Below, piece after piece: positions 1 through 8,927 of a stretch of DNA of 64,000 nucleotides (its first letter is position 1; the number at the start of each line of letters is the position of its first letter). A program made the translations under genes and the position numbers. The DNA is from Candidatus Saccharimonadota bacterium (GTDB lineage Bacteria; Patescibacteriota; Saccharimonadia; Saccharimonadales; JACOTW01): positions 13,043 to 77,042 of the forward strand of contig JACOTW010000002.1 of assembly GCA_016178135.1 (NCBI GenBank). The letters run 5' to 3'. The notes beneath the pieces are model-generated. The model was not told where the DNA came from, made no database searches, and saw only the letters and a program-made list of their open reading frames with translations.

Positions 1-137
1 GAACGAGTATTTTAGAACATCTTTTGTGGACAATCACATTGGGTGATTTTGTAAGCCTTTACCTGGCACTATTGAACGGTTTGAATCCAACACCAGTAGA
101 TTTGATAGAAAAACTAAAACTTGCCATGGATGAGTAA
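1..137 (+). CDS. C-terminal fragment of an upstream gene, possibly a SIS-type phosphoglucose/phosphomannose isomerase
   Basis: Frame 3 is open from the window edge to TAA at 135-137 (...LYLALLNGLNPTPVDLIEKLKLAMDE*). It overlaps the next start by 8 nt. The family call is from memory of the C-terminal consensus only. Confidence 0.35.
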   Translation, partial: TSILEHLLWTITLGDFVSLYLALLNGLNPTPVDLIEKLKLAMDE

Positions 138-876
138 GTCCAGCAAAGATATTACCAGGCTTGGAACGATATTATCTGTTTGGGCTCATCCAGACGACGA
201 GACTTTGAGTTGTGCCGGCATCATGATGGCCGCTATTGCTAATGATCAAAAAGTTATTTGCGTTACGGCAACAAGAGGTGAAGCTGGGGTTAGAGATGAA
301 TCGCGTTGGCCAGCAACAAACTTGGGCAAAATTCGTTCTAAAGAATTGGCGGCAGCACTCAAGATCATGGGCGTTACTGATCATCATTGGTTGGATTATC
401 CTGATGGAGGTTGCGACACGGCACAGGAGGAAAAAGCTGCTCAAAAAATCGCTCATTTAATCGAATACCATAATCCAGATACAATTTTAACGTTTGGACC
501 GGAGGGTTTGACCGGTCATTCAGATCACTGCACCGTTTCACGCTGGGTGGATCTGGCAGTACGATTAGTTGCTAATTCAAAAATTGGCGTATATCACGCT
601 ACAGAACTACGAGAAAGTTTTGAAGCAGGTCAGGAGATTTCTACAAAACATAACTTCTTCTTTAATATAGACAGGCCGCCAATTGTTGAAGCAGGAGAAT
701 GCGATATATTATTTAGACTACCAAAAGAGCTACTGGCAAAGAAGTACATGGCACTTCAGGCAATGCCATCACAGTATGAAGACATATTAAAGGAATCTGA
801 AAAAGATACCATGTACGGCATGATAGGAGCCGAAGCTTTTGTCAGGCACGTTAAATCGGTTGACTCTTTAATTTAA
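130..876 (+). CDS. PIG-L/LmbE family N-acetylglucosaminyl deacetylase
   Basis: The ORF is 121..876. It carries the AHPDDE motif near the N-terminus (ILSVWAHPDDETLSCAG) and a later HSDH motif. The ATG at 130 is preferred over the TTG at 121. Confidence 0.75.
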   Translation: MSKSSKDITRLGTILSVWAHPDDETLSCAGIMMAAIANDQKVICVTATRGEAGVRDESRWPATNLGKIRSKELAAALKIMGVTDHHWLDYPDGGCDTAQEEKAAQKIAHLIEYHNPDTILTFGPEGLTGHSDHCTVSRWVDLAVRLVANSKIGVYHATELRESFEAGQEISTKHNFFFNIDRPPIVEAGECDILFRLPKELLAKKYMALQAMPSQYEDILKESEKDTMYGMIGAEAFVRHVKSVDSLI

Positions 877-1390
877 GCCAATAGCCAATATAAGAAAAAA
901 ACAGATGTAGAGCAAAGTAGACGATAAAAACATAAATCACAAGCCCTATAGTTATATCAATCACAAATGCCACCGCTAATAATCCACCTATAATATAGTC
1001 TATTTGGTCAAACGGATACCAGCTTTTACCTGAATCAATTCCACGCCAACGCTTGAAAAAACTTTCCAGCGCGTCTCCGGCTAGAGCGCCAAAGCCCATA
1101 AGTGGCGCGATTAGCAACTCTGGCTGGCTAAGACCAAACTTCCAGGTAATGTGTTCAAACACCAAAGCCCTTAGAAGCCAACCAGTTATCAGTGCACTGA
1201 AAATCCCAAAAACTAGACCACGCCAGGTTTTGTTATCGCCAAGAATGCGTTTACCATGAAAACTAAAGCCAAAGTCCATTGGTGTACGCCACTTTTTTAG
1301 CAAGGGAATTTGAGTCGACAAAATAGGCATCATATTTGCCGCACCCGCTGGCAAGAAGAACCAGAAAGCTATCAACAAATTATCGATCAT
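851..1390 (-). CDS. CDP-archaeol synthase-like (CarS, DUF46 family) integral membrane cytidylyltransferase
   Basis: 179 aa and polytopic. The motifs GKRILGDNKTWRG, GALAGDALESFFKRW and DQIDY match the CarS signature blocks as I recall them from Archaeoglobus CarS. Confidence 0.65.
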   Translation of the reverse strand: MIDNLLIAFWFFLPAGAANMMPILSTQIPLLKKWRTPMDFGFSFHGKRILGDNKTWRGLVFGIFSALITGWLLRALVFEHITWKFGLSQPELLIAPLMGFGALAGDALESFFKRWRGIDSGKSWYPFDQIDYIIGGLLAVAFVIDITIGLVIYVFIVYFALHLFFSYIGYWLKLKSQPI

Positions 1391-2037
1391 GTTTTAAGCA
1401 ACCTTTTTCTAAGATGATGATATTTAGGGTAAAGAAGTGAGCGTAAATTGGGACGATTAGTAACGAGCGTACCAGACATAAACAGATCAAGTAAGGTATC
1501 ATGGGTTGGTATTTGCTTGACCACGGTATAGGTTTTACCAAGCCCCTGATAGCCATGAGCATCGCTACTGGCCGCACCAATAATATGATTTATGCGTGCC
1601 CAAGTAATTGCCTGCGTGCCACGATTTTGTAAAAATGCTCGTCCGTTACAGGTTTCAATAATGTCGACTTGATCAAGTATTTTTTCAATAGCTACCGGCA
1701 TCAAACCTTTTCGGATAGTTTCGAAAGGATGGGGTATGTAGACAATTCCGCCTTGTTTTTTGATTTGTTTGACTGTTTCTAGGGGTGATAAATTTGGCTC
1801 GACTAAATTATCCAGATAGAGCCCAATTATTTCACCGTCGGTGGTCATGATTTCTTCACCAATAATTATACGATTACCTAATTTTTTGTGCAGCTCAACG
1901 GCAAAATCTATGCGGTTATGATCTGTTACGGCTATCACGTCCAGTAATCCTGTGGCTAGGGCGTGGGCGTATTGCTCGACTTTTATGCCACCATCAGGCG
2001 AGGCGGATGAATGCGTGTGTAGATCAATCTTGTACAT
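1387..2037 (-). CDS. PHP-domain metal-dependent phosphoesterase
   Basis: N-terminal IDLHTHSSASPDG, VTDHN and a C-terminal SDAH are PHP histidine motifs. It overlaps both neighbouring genes (4 nt and 14 nt). Confidence 0.75.
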   Translation of the reverse strand: MYKIDLHTHSSASPDGGIKVEQYAHALATGLLDVIAVTDHNRIDFAVELHKKLGNRIIIGEEIMTTDGEIIGLYLDNLVEPNLSPLETVKQIKKQGGIVYIPHPFETIRKGLMPVAIEKILDQVDIIETCNGRAFLQNRGTQAITWARINHIIGAASSDAHGYQGLGKTYTVVKQIPTHDTLLDLFMSGTLVTNRPNLRSLLYPKYHHLRKRLLKT

Positions 2038-2701
2038 TTTTTAGCTTCTTGGTTATATGCATGAATCGCTGCAAGACTGTTATCGATCCAAACACAACTA
2101 TTATGTACAGAATTGTTGGTAATTTACCAGATACCAAGCCAATTATGATCAGTACTATTCTGGTATCAAAACCAAGCAGACCGCTTCTAAAAGTCTTATT
2201 AACTTTGTGATCTTTACTGGATTCACCCAAAGCGATTTTGCGTGAATCCAGTTTATGGTGGCTAAAGTTAGCTAATACAGCCTCTCCCCAGGCATTCAAA
2301 TAACTGGTGAGTATAGAAATACCCAGAGCCACGATCAAAATAACTATAGTTGTTTTGCTAGCTCCGGAATCTATCAGAAATATAGCCATACCACAGTACA
2401 GCATAATTTCTTTTATGCGATCAGTTGCCGAATCCAAAAACATACCAAGAGCCGAAGTTTTATTTTGCGACCTAGCAAGTTCGCCATCCAACGTGTCAAA
2501 TAACCCAAAAATTGCTAAAAATAGCGCCGCCCACAACGGATGCCGCATGGCAATCAACCAAGCAATCGGAATATGCATCAATAATCCAAAAATCGTAACA
2601 GCATTTGGTGAAAGCCTGTTTTTGGTAATTCTACTAAGCACGACAGCAACACGTTGCATATATTGACGAACAAGATTCCTGATAATATCTAATAGCTTCA
2701 C
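2024..2701 (-). CDS. CDP-alcohol phosphatidyltransferase family protein
   Basis: Carries the D-G-x2-A-R...G...D...D motif (FDTLDGELARSQNKTSALGMFLDSATDR) in a polytopic membrane protein. Confidence 0.8.
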   Translation of the reverse strand: MKLLDIIRNLVRQYMQRVAVVLSRITKNRLSPNAVTIFGLLMHIPIAWLIAMRHPLWAALFLAIFGLFDTLDGELARSQNKTSALGMFLDSATDRIKEIMLYCGMAIFLIDSGASKTTIVILIVALGISILTSYLNAWGEAVLANFSHHKLDSRKIALGESSKDHKVNKTFRSGLLGFDTRIVLIIIGLVSGKLPTILYIIVVFGSITVLQRFMHITKKLKNVQD

Positions 2702-2749
2702 TGGTTAACATTATACAAGATTAACTCGTCTCTGTTATTATAATCTAAG

Positions 2750-4435
2750 ATGAAACAAGAACTTGAATATGTGGTTTCTAAGGTTTGTATGGAATTGTTC
2801 AATGTTGATGTATCTGTGGAATTGACTCGACCAGATGAACAATTTGGTGATTATGCGACGAGCGTTGCTTTACAGCTCGGCCAGCAATTGAATAAAAATC
2901 CGCGCGAAATTGCTGAAAAAATAGCTAGCAAATTAAAACATAAAAAAATTGCTGGCACAGAAGTTGCAGGTCCGGGTTTTATCAATATTAAAATTCAAAG
3001 CAACTTGCTTGCAATGTGGTTATTTGAAGAGACAAAGTTAAGAGTATTCGGTAGAAGCGATTTAGGTCAGGGAAGGAAAGTTGTTTGCGAGTTCCCAAGT
3101 CCCAATATGGCTAAACCAGTTAGTGTTGGGCATCTCCGAGCTGCCGTTCAGGGGTGGACTATATATAAATTAATGACGCATCTTGGCTATGAAGTTGTTA
3201 CTGACAATCATATCGGTGATTATGGCACACCATTTGGGAAGTGGGTTGTTGGTTTTTTGTACTTTAGCTCTGATGAGAAACTCGCCAAAGATGGTATATA
3301 TGAACTCGCTCGTATTTATATAGAAATAACTGCCGCACTTAAGACAGAAAAAGAACAGGGTGATGATAAGCTTGCCGGAGAGGTTCAGGGGTGGCTTAAG
3401 AAGCTGGAAGCAAAGGACGTAGACGCGGTTGAGTATAGCAATCGTTTCAATAAAATATCGCTCGATCATTTACATAAAGTTATGGGGCGTCTGCGAATTT
3501 CTACTGACCATGAGCTTGGGGAAGCATTCTACGTACCGCGTGGTCAGGCATTAACTGATGAATTACTCAAAAAAGGTATAGCAAAAGAAAGCGATGGCGC
3601 CTTGGTTGTGCCACTTGATGATGCAGGAATTGATACTCCAATTATGCTAAGAAAAGCCAACGGGACAGCATTATATGCGACGACCGACCTAGCAACTATC
3701 GAATATCGGCAACAGCAATGGAACCCGGAAAAAGTTTTTATCCATACTGGTCAAGAGCAAACTTTTTACTTCCGTCAGCTAAAGGCACTTGCTAAAAAAG
3801 TTGGGTACAAAGATGTCATTGAGCACCTCTGGCATGGTCTGATTGACCAAAAGGACGAAGACGGTACACGTCAAAAAATGAGTTCTAGAAAAGGCGTGGT
3901 TTTGCTTGAAGAGCTACTTGACGTTGCCGAGAAAAAAGCTCGTAAACAGATGAAAGACGGTAACGAGGAAGATATCAAAGCCGTTGCGTTGGGTGCCATT
4001 AAGTTTGCTGATTTTACTGCTGATCGCAAGAAAGGCATGCTATTTGATTGGGAAAGTATGTTCAGTGTTCAGGGCTTTTCAGGACCGGCAGTGCAATATG
4101 CGGTAGTGCGTATAAAAAGTGTTCTCGCAAAAGCTACCGATTCAAAACCTAATGATATTTCAGATTACGATTGGCAGGCCGAACATGCACTTCTTTTGCT
4201 TGCGACTGATTTCCCCCAGCTCTTGGTAGAACTTGGTAAAAACTACGAAATGCATAAATTAGCCACCTACTTATATGGTCTAGCTCGGGAACTTAATCGA
4301 TATTACGAAGAGACTCAAATTCTGATCACCAAAGAACCAATCCGTGGGTATCGGCTCTGGTTCATAACGGTTATAAGAGACATATTAGTTGATGGCTTGG
4401 ATATATTAGGTATTCCAACTCCGGAGCGAATGTAA
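2750..4435 (+). CDS. argS: arginine--tRNA ligase
   Basis: 561 aa with the class I layout: the PSPNMAKPVSVGHLR HIGH-like region and a C-terminal DALR anticodon-binding end (...IPTPERM). Confidence 0.9.
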   Translation: MKQELEYVVSKVCMELFNVDVSVELTRPDEQFGDYATSVALQLGQQLNKNPREIAEKIASKLKHKKIAGTEVAGPGFINIKIQSNLLAMWLFEETKLRVFGRSDLGQGRKVVCEFPSPNMAKPVSVGHLRAAVQGWTIYKLMTHLGYEVVTDNHIGDYGTPFGKWVVGFLYFSSDEKLAKDGIYELARIYIEITAALKTEKEQGDDKLAGEVQGWLKKLEAKDVDAVEYSNRFNKISLDHLHKVMGRLRISTDHELGEAFYVPRGQALTDELLKKGIAKESDGALVVPLDDAGIDTPIMLRKANGTALYATTDLATIEYRQQQWNPEKVFIHTGQEQTFYFRQLKALAKKVGYKDVIEHLWHGLIDQKDEDGTRQKMSSRKGVVLLEELLDVAEKKARKQMKDGNEEDIKAVALGAIKFADFTADRKKGMLFDWESMFSVQGFSGPAVQYAVVRIKSVLAKATDSKPNDISDYDWQAEHALLLLATDFPQLLVELGKNYEMHKLATYLYGLARELNRYYEETQILITKEPIRGYRLWFITVIRDILVDGLDILGIPTPERM

Positions 4436-5064
4436 TGATTATTGTCTTTGATTTTGATGGCACCCTGGCTAATACTCGTGAATTAACTTTGTCTATTTAT
4501 AACGAAATAGCATCGGAACATGGCTTCAAGCGAATAACCACCAAGGATTATATTAGGCTCCGAAAACAAAGTTACTTATCGGTGTTAAGGTGGACGGGGA
4601 TACATCTATGGCAAATTCCCAAACTTATAAGTGAAGGTCATAAACTTTTTGCCAAACGTGGTTCGGAAATTAGGCTTTTCCCAGGTTGCCAAGAAGTTTT
4701 ATATGCTTTGAATGCGGCTGGACATGACTTGTACGTGCTTAGTTCGAACACACCAAGAACTATCAAAAAAGTTACCCGCGCACAGGGGCTGGAATTTATT
4801 CATGTTTTGCCGTCGGCTAATTTGTTTAGCAAGGCCGCCAAACTTAAAAATTTAAAGAAAAAATACCCCAACGAAAACATGGTGATGATAGGCGACGAGC
4901 TTCGCGATATCCAAGCTGCCAAACGTGCCGGAATAAAGGTTTTCGCTGTTACCTGGGGTTTTCAACCTAAAGAAATGTTAAAATCCGCTAATCCTGATAT
5001 TCTGATATCCAAGCCGTCCGAAATATTAGCGGCAGTTGAAAAACTATCTAATTCACTAACGTAA
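4435..5064 (+). CDS. HAD-superfamily hydrolase (phosphoglycolate phosphatase-like)
   Basis: Motif I is IVFDFDGTLANT, and a late GDELRDIQAAKRAG motif is present. The start overlaps the argS stop (ATGA). Confidence 0.8.
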   Translation: MIIVFDFDGTLANTRELTLSIYNEIASEHGFKRITTKDYIRLRKQSYLSVLRWTGIHLWQIPKLISEGHKLFAKRGSEIRLFPGCQEVLYALNAAGHDLYVLSSNTPRTIKKVTRAQGLEFIHVLPSANLFSKAAKLKNLKKKYPNENMVMIGDELRDIQAAKRAGIKVFAVTWGFQPKEMLKSANPDILISKPSEILAAVEKLSNSLT

Positions 5065-5086
5065 GGATGCGGAAAGAGAGAAATAC

Positions 5087-5494
5087 ATGCCAACCAATAA
5101 AACTAAATCCAAAGGTAAGATAATTACTAAAAGAGAGGTTGTAGTAAGCCTGCCGGTAGTTCATTCACCAAAATGGCTGGAAGGCTTTGTTGCTTTCATT
5201 CGTGAGCAGGGGGTGGTTGGACTGGCTGTTGGTTTAGTACTCGGCGTGGCCGCCAAAAGTGTTGTAGATTCACTCGTGAATAATATTTTTAATCCAATCG
5301 TCGGACTGATTGGTGGTGGCGGGGAGTTGGGTAATCGTTATGTGTGCCTAAAAGAGGTTGCTGGTCAGTGTACTAACAAACTGGGCTACGGATCGGTTGT
5401 TAATAGTATTGTTAGTTTTTTGGTGGTGGCCGCAATGGTTTACTTTTTGATTAAGGGACTTAAACTAGACAAGATCGACAAAAAGAAAACTTAA
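5087..5494 (+). CDS. mscL: large-conductance mechanosensitive channel
   Basis: FIREQGVVGLAVGLVLGVAAKSVVDSLVNNIFNPIVG matches the MscL TM1 consensus. A second TM segment and a basic tail are present. Confidence 0.85.
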   Translation: MPTNKTKSKGKIITKREVVVSLPVVHSPKWLEGFVAFIREQGVVGLAVGLVLGVAAKSVVDSLVNNIFNPIVGLIGGGGELGNRYVCLKEVAGQCTNKLGYGSVVNSIVSFLVVAAMVYFLIKGLKLDKIDKKKT

Positions 5495-5522
5495 ATAATT
5501 AATTTAAATTTGTCTAGAATAG

Positions 5523-6461
5523 CTATAGCCCCCGCAAAACAAATTCGTGGGTTTTTGAAGCAATGATCTTTGAGCCAAAAACTGACTTTTCCGAGAGAGA
5601 CATATCCTTAGATACGTTGAACGAGGAAAGGCGGTTTTGGGCCAAAGAGGGTGACTCGAAAAGTCGGGAATTTGTTTTGCGGGGACTATATAACTGTAAC
5701 CCAAAAAACTCCTCAAGTGTTTCAAGGTTGTTTCTATATATTTCGCGTGATAGCTCTGTTCCGACATAACGGAGATGCCATGGTTCATAAGAATAACCAG
5801 TAATTTGCTGCTTATTTTTGGTATAACGGATGATAAAACCGTATTCGTAGGCATTGGCTGTCAGCCATTTGCCTTCCGGTAGGTCCCCAAAACATGATTC
5901 TAATTGACATTTCCTATCCGAACGACCAAGGTCAACCGCTAGACCAGTTTGATGTTCGCTGTGTCCAGGTTGCGCACTATAAGTATCGGCCTTAATCTGA
6001 CCATCTTGCTTAACATAGCCATTATATACTGAAGATTGAGTCGTGTAGCTACGATATCCGCTGACCAACATGAGCGAATATCCTGATTGTTTGGCTCCTA
6101 CAACAAGCTTGGAAAGTGCGTCGTTCATAACGTTGCTGATATGCATGTTTTCGCTGTTGGTAACTTCGCTTAGTAGTATGTTTGGAGTAACAAGATTGGT
6201 TGGTATGTAGGTTCTAGGTAGTGGACGTTGTTTGTTGACGACTACCCAAGGGCTTGCCGGATCAGTCGTAGAATATTTTGCTTTATCAATAACAGGAACG
6301 GCTGATTGAACTTCTGGGTTATTGGCTTTTACTATGGTTTGGGTAGGTGACTTAGGGGCATTGTCGTGTAGCACTAACCAGTAAAAGCTGATTCCAAATA
6401 ATAAGATTGCCAGAACGATAATGACTAGTTTTTTATTCAGGAAAAAATTTCTTCTAAGCAT
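5523..6461 (-). CDS. VanY/M15B D-alanyl-D-alanine carboxypeptidase with an element-derived C-terminal extension
   Basis: SGYRSY...SEHQTGLAVDL...EPWHLRYVG are the zinc-peptidase motifs, and an N-terminal TM anchor is present. The last ~55 codons (5526-5690) are read out of a type A palindromic element. Confidence 0.8.
   Translation of the reverse strand: MLRRNFFLNKKLVIIVLAILLFGISFYWLVLHDNAPKSPTQTIVKANNPEVQSAVPVIDKAKYSTTDPASPWVVVNKQRPLPRTYIPTNLVTPNILLSEVTNSENMHISNVMNDALSKLVVGAKQSGYSLMLVSGYRSYTTQSSVYNGYVKQDGQIKADTYSAQPGHSEHQTGLAVDLGRSDRKCQLESCFGDLPEGKWLTANAYEYGFIIRYTKNKQQITGYSYEPWHLRYVGTELSREIYRNNLETLEEFFGLQLYSPRKTNSRLFESPSLAQNRLSSFNVSKDMSLSEKSVFGSKIIASKTHEFVLRGL
5524..5690. repeat. Type A palindromic element, copy 1 (termini TATAGCCCCCGCAAAACAAATTC / GAATTTGTTTTGCGGGGACTATA)
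   Basis: Terminal inverted repeats of about 23 bp. A second full copy lies at 44905-45071 and a solo right end at 63238-63262. Confidence 0.85.
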
Positions 6462-6495
6462 TTACAATAATCATACTACGGATTTTATCTCTGCA

Positions 6496-6668
6496 CGATT
6501 GATATATAGGACTTACGTACTTTCTCACCACACCAGACTTAACCTGTGTGGTTACAAACGGCCCATGTTCTCTCGGTGTAGCTATGGCTACCCCTCCAGA
6601 ACCTGAACCGTTTTCGCTCACCCAGCTACACTCTGGCATTGGTAAGAAAGTGCGTAAGTCCTATATAC
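6496..6668. repeat. Long hairpin element, variant with GGACTTACG termini
   Basis: TATATAGGACTTACGTACTTTCTCACC at 6496 pairs with GGTAAGAAAGTGCGTAAGTCCTATATA ending at 6667. It abuts the next type B copy. Confidence 0.6.
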
Positions 6669-6821
6669 TGAACCGATCGCAAAATCCCTCATCCCCATAA
6701 TGAATCAGCTCGAGCAAAAGCGGTTTTCTATGAAGAAGATGTATCCAGTAGAGAGGAAAAACTGTTTGTGGCCACGGTTAGTCGGTCTGGGGATGAGGGA
6801 TTTTGCGATCGGTCCAGTATA
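6666..6821 (+). repeat. Type B palindromic element, copy 1
   Basis: Runs TACTGAACCGATCGCAAAATCC...GGATTTTGCGATCGGTCCAGTAT. The internal sequence is shared with the copies at 52132, 53235 and 56671. It ends 10 nt before the orn ATG. Confidence 0.85.
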
Positions 6822-6831
6822 CTAACGGGTA

Positions 6832-7395
6832 ATGGACAAAAATCTAATTCCCAGTAAATTGCTCTGGGTTGACCTGGAAATGACCGGTCTTGATCCCACC
6901 AAGGATCTATTGCTGGAAGTAGCGGCTGAAATAACTGACTTTAATTTCAAAACTCTTGGCTCTTACGAGGCTCATATCAAGCAGCCTCGCGATAAGGTAG
7001 TGGCGCGCATGCAAGCTAATGTTTGGTGGCGTGATTATCCAGAAAACCGAGATACTTTTTTGGCTAAGTTAGACGAATCAAAATCGTTAGTAGAGGTTGA
7101 AAACGAATTAATAGGGTTAGTAAAAGAGCACTTTGGCGACGAGCCGGCAGTTTTGGCGGGTAATTCTATTCATAATGACCGAAACTTTTTAAAACATTGG
7201 ATGCCAAGTCTGGATTTGAAATTGCACTACCGAATGCTGGATGTTAGCGCCTGGAAAATATTGATGCAAGGTAAATACGGTGTGATCTTTGAAAAGAATT
7301 CTACTCATCGCGCTTTCGATGACATCCAGGCCTCCATAGCCGAGCTACAATATTATCTAGAATTCTTCGGACACGTACAGGGTATTGACAAATAG
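6832..7395 (+). CDS. orn: oligoribonuclease
   Basis: LLWVDLEMTGLDP is the DEDDh exo I motif, with the later HNDRNFL and HRAFDD motifs. 187 aa. Confidence 0.85.
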   Translation: MDKNLIPSKLLWVDLEMTGLDPTKDLLLEVAAEITDFNFKTLGSYEAHIKQPRDKVVARMQANVWWRDYPENRDTFLAKLDESKSLVEVENELIGLVKEHFGDEPAVLAGNSIHNDRNFLKHWMPSLDLKLHYRMLDVSAWKILMQGKYGVIFEKNSTHRAFDDIQASIAELQYYLEFFGHVQGIDK

Positions 7396-7420
7396 TATAT
7401 ATGTTGTAACATACTATATT

Positions 7421-7849
7421 ATGGAAGATATAGGTTCTCCTGAAAAATATAATAGAGTAGTGTTGACGCCGTATGAGACGTATATATTATGTGAAGCTTT
7501 AGAATATTCACCGAATTTTTATTTAGAATACCCAGACTACGAGTCTTATTTAGAGCAATTGCAAGAACTAGTCGAGTGCGGTAATAGTATAGATGTAAAT
7601 TTTAGTGGTGATGTGTCTGATGAGACAATAGGTTTTTTTGCATTAGCTCTAGAAAAATACCAATCAGCAGTGCAGGATTGTTACGATGAATCTATCGAAT
7701 ACCCTATTACTTTTCGAAAATGGTTACAGAGATTCGTTGAAAGGCGAACTATGACTAGAAGGTTGCCAGTTGTTAAAGGCTTGAAAGAATTGTTTATACG
7801 GGAACAAACAAAGCTTATGCTGGAAAGCATAGATCAACAAAATACCTAA
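7421..7849 (+). CDS. hypothetical protein (acidic)
   Basis: The ORF is 7385..7849. The ATG at 7421 is preferred because 7385-7390 reads TTGACA, like a -35 box. No family recognised. Confidence 0.45.
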   Translation: MEDIGSPEKYNRVVLTPYETYILCEALEYSPNFYLEYPDYESYLEQLQELVECGNSIDVNFSGDVSDETIGFFALALEKYQSAVQDCYDESIEYPITFRKWLQRFVERRTMTRRLPVVKGLKELFIREQTKLMLESIDQQNT

Positions 7850-8163
7850 TGAAGCATAAAATAGTTGAAAAATATGTGCTAAGTATGCCAAATGCTGGAC
7901 TGGATTATCCGTTTGGTGAAGGCGTAGCGGTTTATAAAGTCAAAGATAAAATGTTTGCCTTGATTGATGAAAATAAAATTCCTGTAAGAATTAGCTTAAA
8001 GTGCAATCCAGAGCTGGCAATAATCTTGCGCGATAAATACGAAACGGTACTGGCGGGCTATCATTTGAACAAAAAACACTGGAATACTATAATTTTAACA
8101 GGGCAACTGCCATGGGAAGAGGTTCAGGGGCTTATACGCCATAGTTACGACTTGGTATCATAG
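7849..8163 (+). CDS. MmcQ/YjbR family DNA-binding protein
   Basis: 104 aa. YPFGEGVAVYKVKDKMFAL...HLNKKHWNTI is typical of the YjbR fold family. Confidence 0.7.
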   Translation: MKHKIVEKYVLSMPNAGLDYPFGEGVAVYKVKDKMFALIDENKIPVRISLKCNPELAIILRDKYETVLAGYHLNKKHWNTIILTGQLPWEEVQGLIRHSYDLVS

Positions 8164-8185
8164 GATTTTCGCACTTTTGCGTTGA

Positions 8186-8788
8186 TTATAGCTGATCTGT
8201 TGCTGGCGGGAACAGAATCTTGGCTTGACTGTAGGCCTCGCTAATTGACTGTCTGGCTTTTTTGTTTGACGTTGTGTTAAGGGCTTTTTTGAGTGTCTTT
8301 TGATAATTAGCAATACCGGATTGAAGGGTTTTAAGGAATACGACATCAAATTGATTATTCTGATCAGCAGCCGTCAGTATTTTGTCGGTTTCGGCATTTT
8401 TACTAGCTGCTAGCTCTTTGGCATTAAGGCTATAGCCTTGATTTTTGATCATTTTCAGGAAAGGTTGCTGTTCGGCCATTAAGGTCATTTTGGTAGTTAT
8501 TGCCAGATTGAGTGCATCGCTACCACGAGCTTTTGTCAGGGCGATATCCGATATACGAATAAGCTCGGATTGTTGCTTGGCGGCTTTAACCAGATCATCA
8601 GTATTGCCACCACTCCCGCCAAAAATAAAAGAAAAAACAGTTATCAGTATGATGACAAGCAATATGCCACCGACGCCCACCATTAAAATACGTTGTTTTT
8701 TAGAGTTGCCAATACCTGGAAGCAGGCCTTTTTTTGGTAATTTCTGTGGGTTTGTAATGAAGTCGTATTGGTTTGGGGGCATAAGCAT
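8186..8788 (-). CDS. hypothetical single-pass membrane protein
   Basis: The start is taken at MLMPPNQYDF... (ATG complement at 8786-8788). A TM segment (ILMVGVGGILLVIILITVFSFIFGG) follows. The longer track ORF (to 9184) runs through a type B element and antisense into dnaG. Confidence 0.55.
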   Translation of the reverse strand: MLMPPNQYDFITNPQKLPKKGLLPGIGNSKKQRILMVGVGGILLVIILITVFSFIFGGSGGNTDDLVKAAKQQSELIRISDIALTKARGSDALNLAITTKMTLMAEQQPFLKMIKNQGYSLNAKELAASKNAETDKILTAADQNNQFDVVFLKTLQSGIANYQKTLKKALNTTSNKKARQSISEAYSQAKILFPPATDQL

Positions 8789-8802
8789 TATAATAAAGGT
8801 TC

Positions 8803-8915
8803 TACTGCACTTACGCAAAATCCCCTCATCCCCAGGCCGAATTCTATCGGCTACAAACTGTTTTCGCTCGAGCTGATTCGCTCTGAGAACGAGGGGTTTT
8901 GCGATAGGTCCAGTA
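8803..8915 (-). repeat. Type B palindromic element, copy 2 (short, centre deleted)
   Basis: Runs TACTGCACTTACGCAAAATCCCCTCATCCCCA...GGGGTTTTGCGATAGGTCCAGTA. Its right end supplies TATAAT 8 nt before the dnaG ATG. Confidence 0.8.
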
Positions 8916-8927
8916 TAATAGTCAAGT

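Noticed and set aside
6496-6668. Possible 4.5S/SRP RNA, because of CAGGTTCTGGAGGGGTAGCC on the minus strand.
   Set aside because: The apical loop is CAUA/UAUG rather than GNRA, and the conserved AGCA/GGAA symmetric-loop signature is absent. The termini clearly belong to the palindromic element family.
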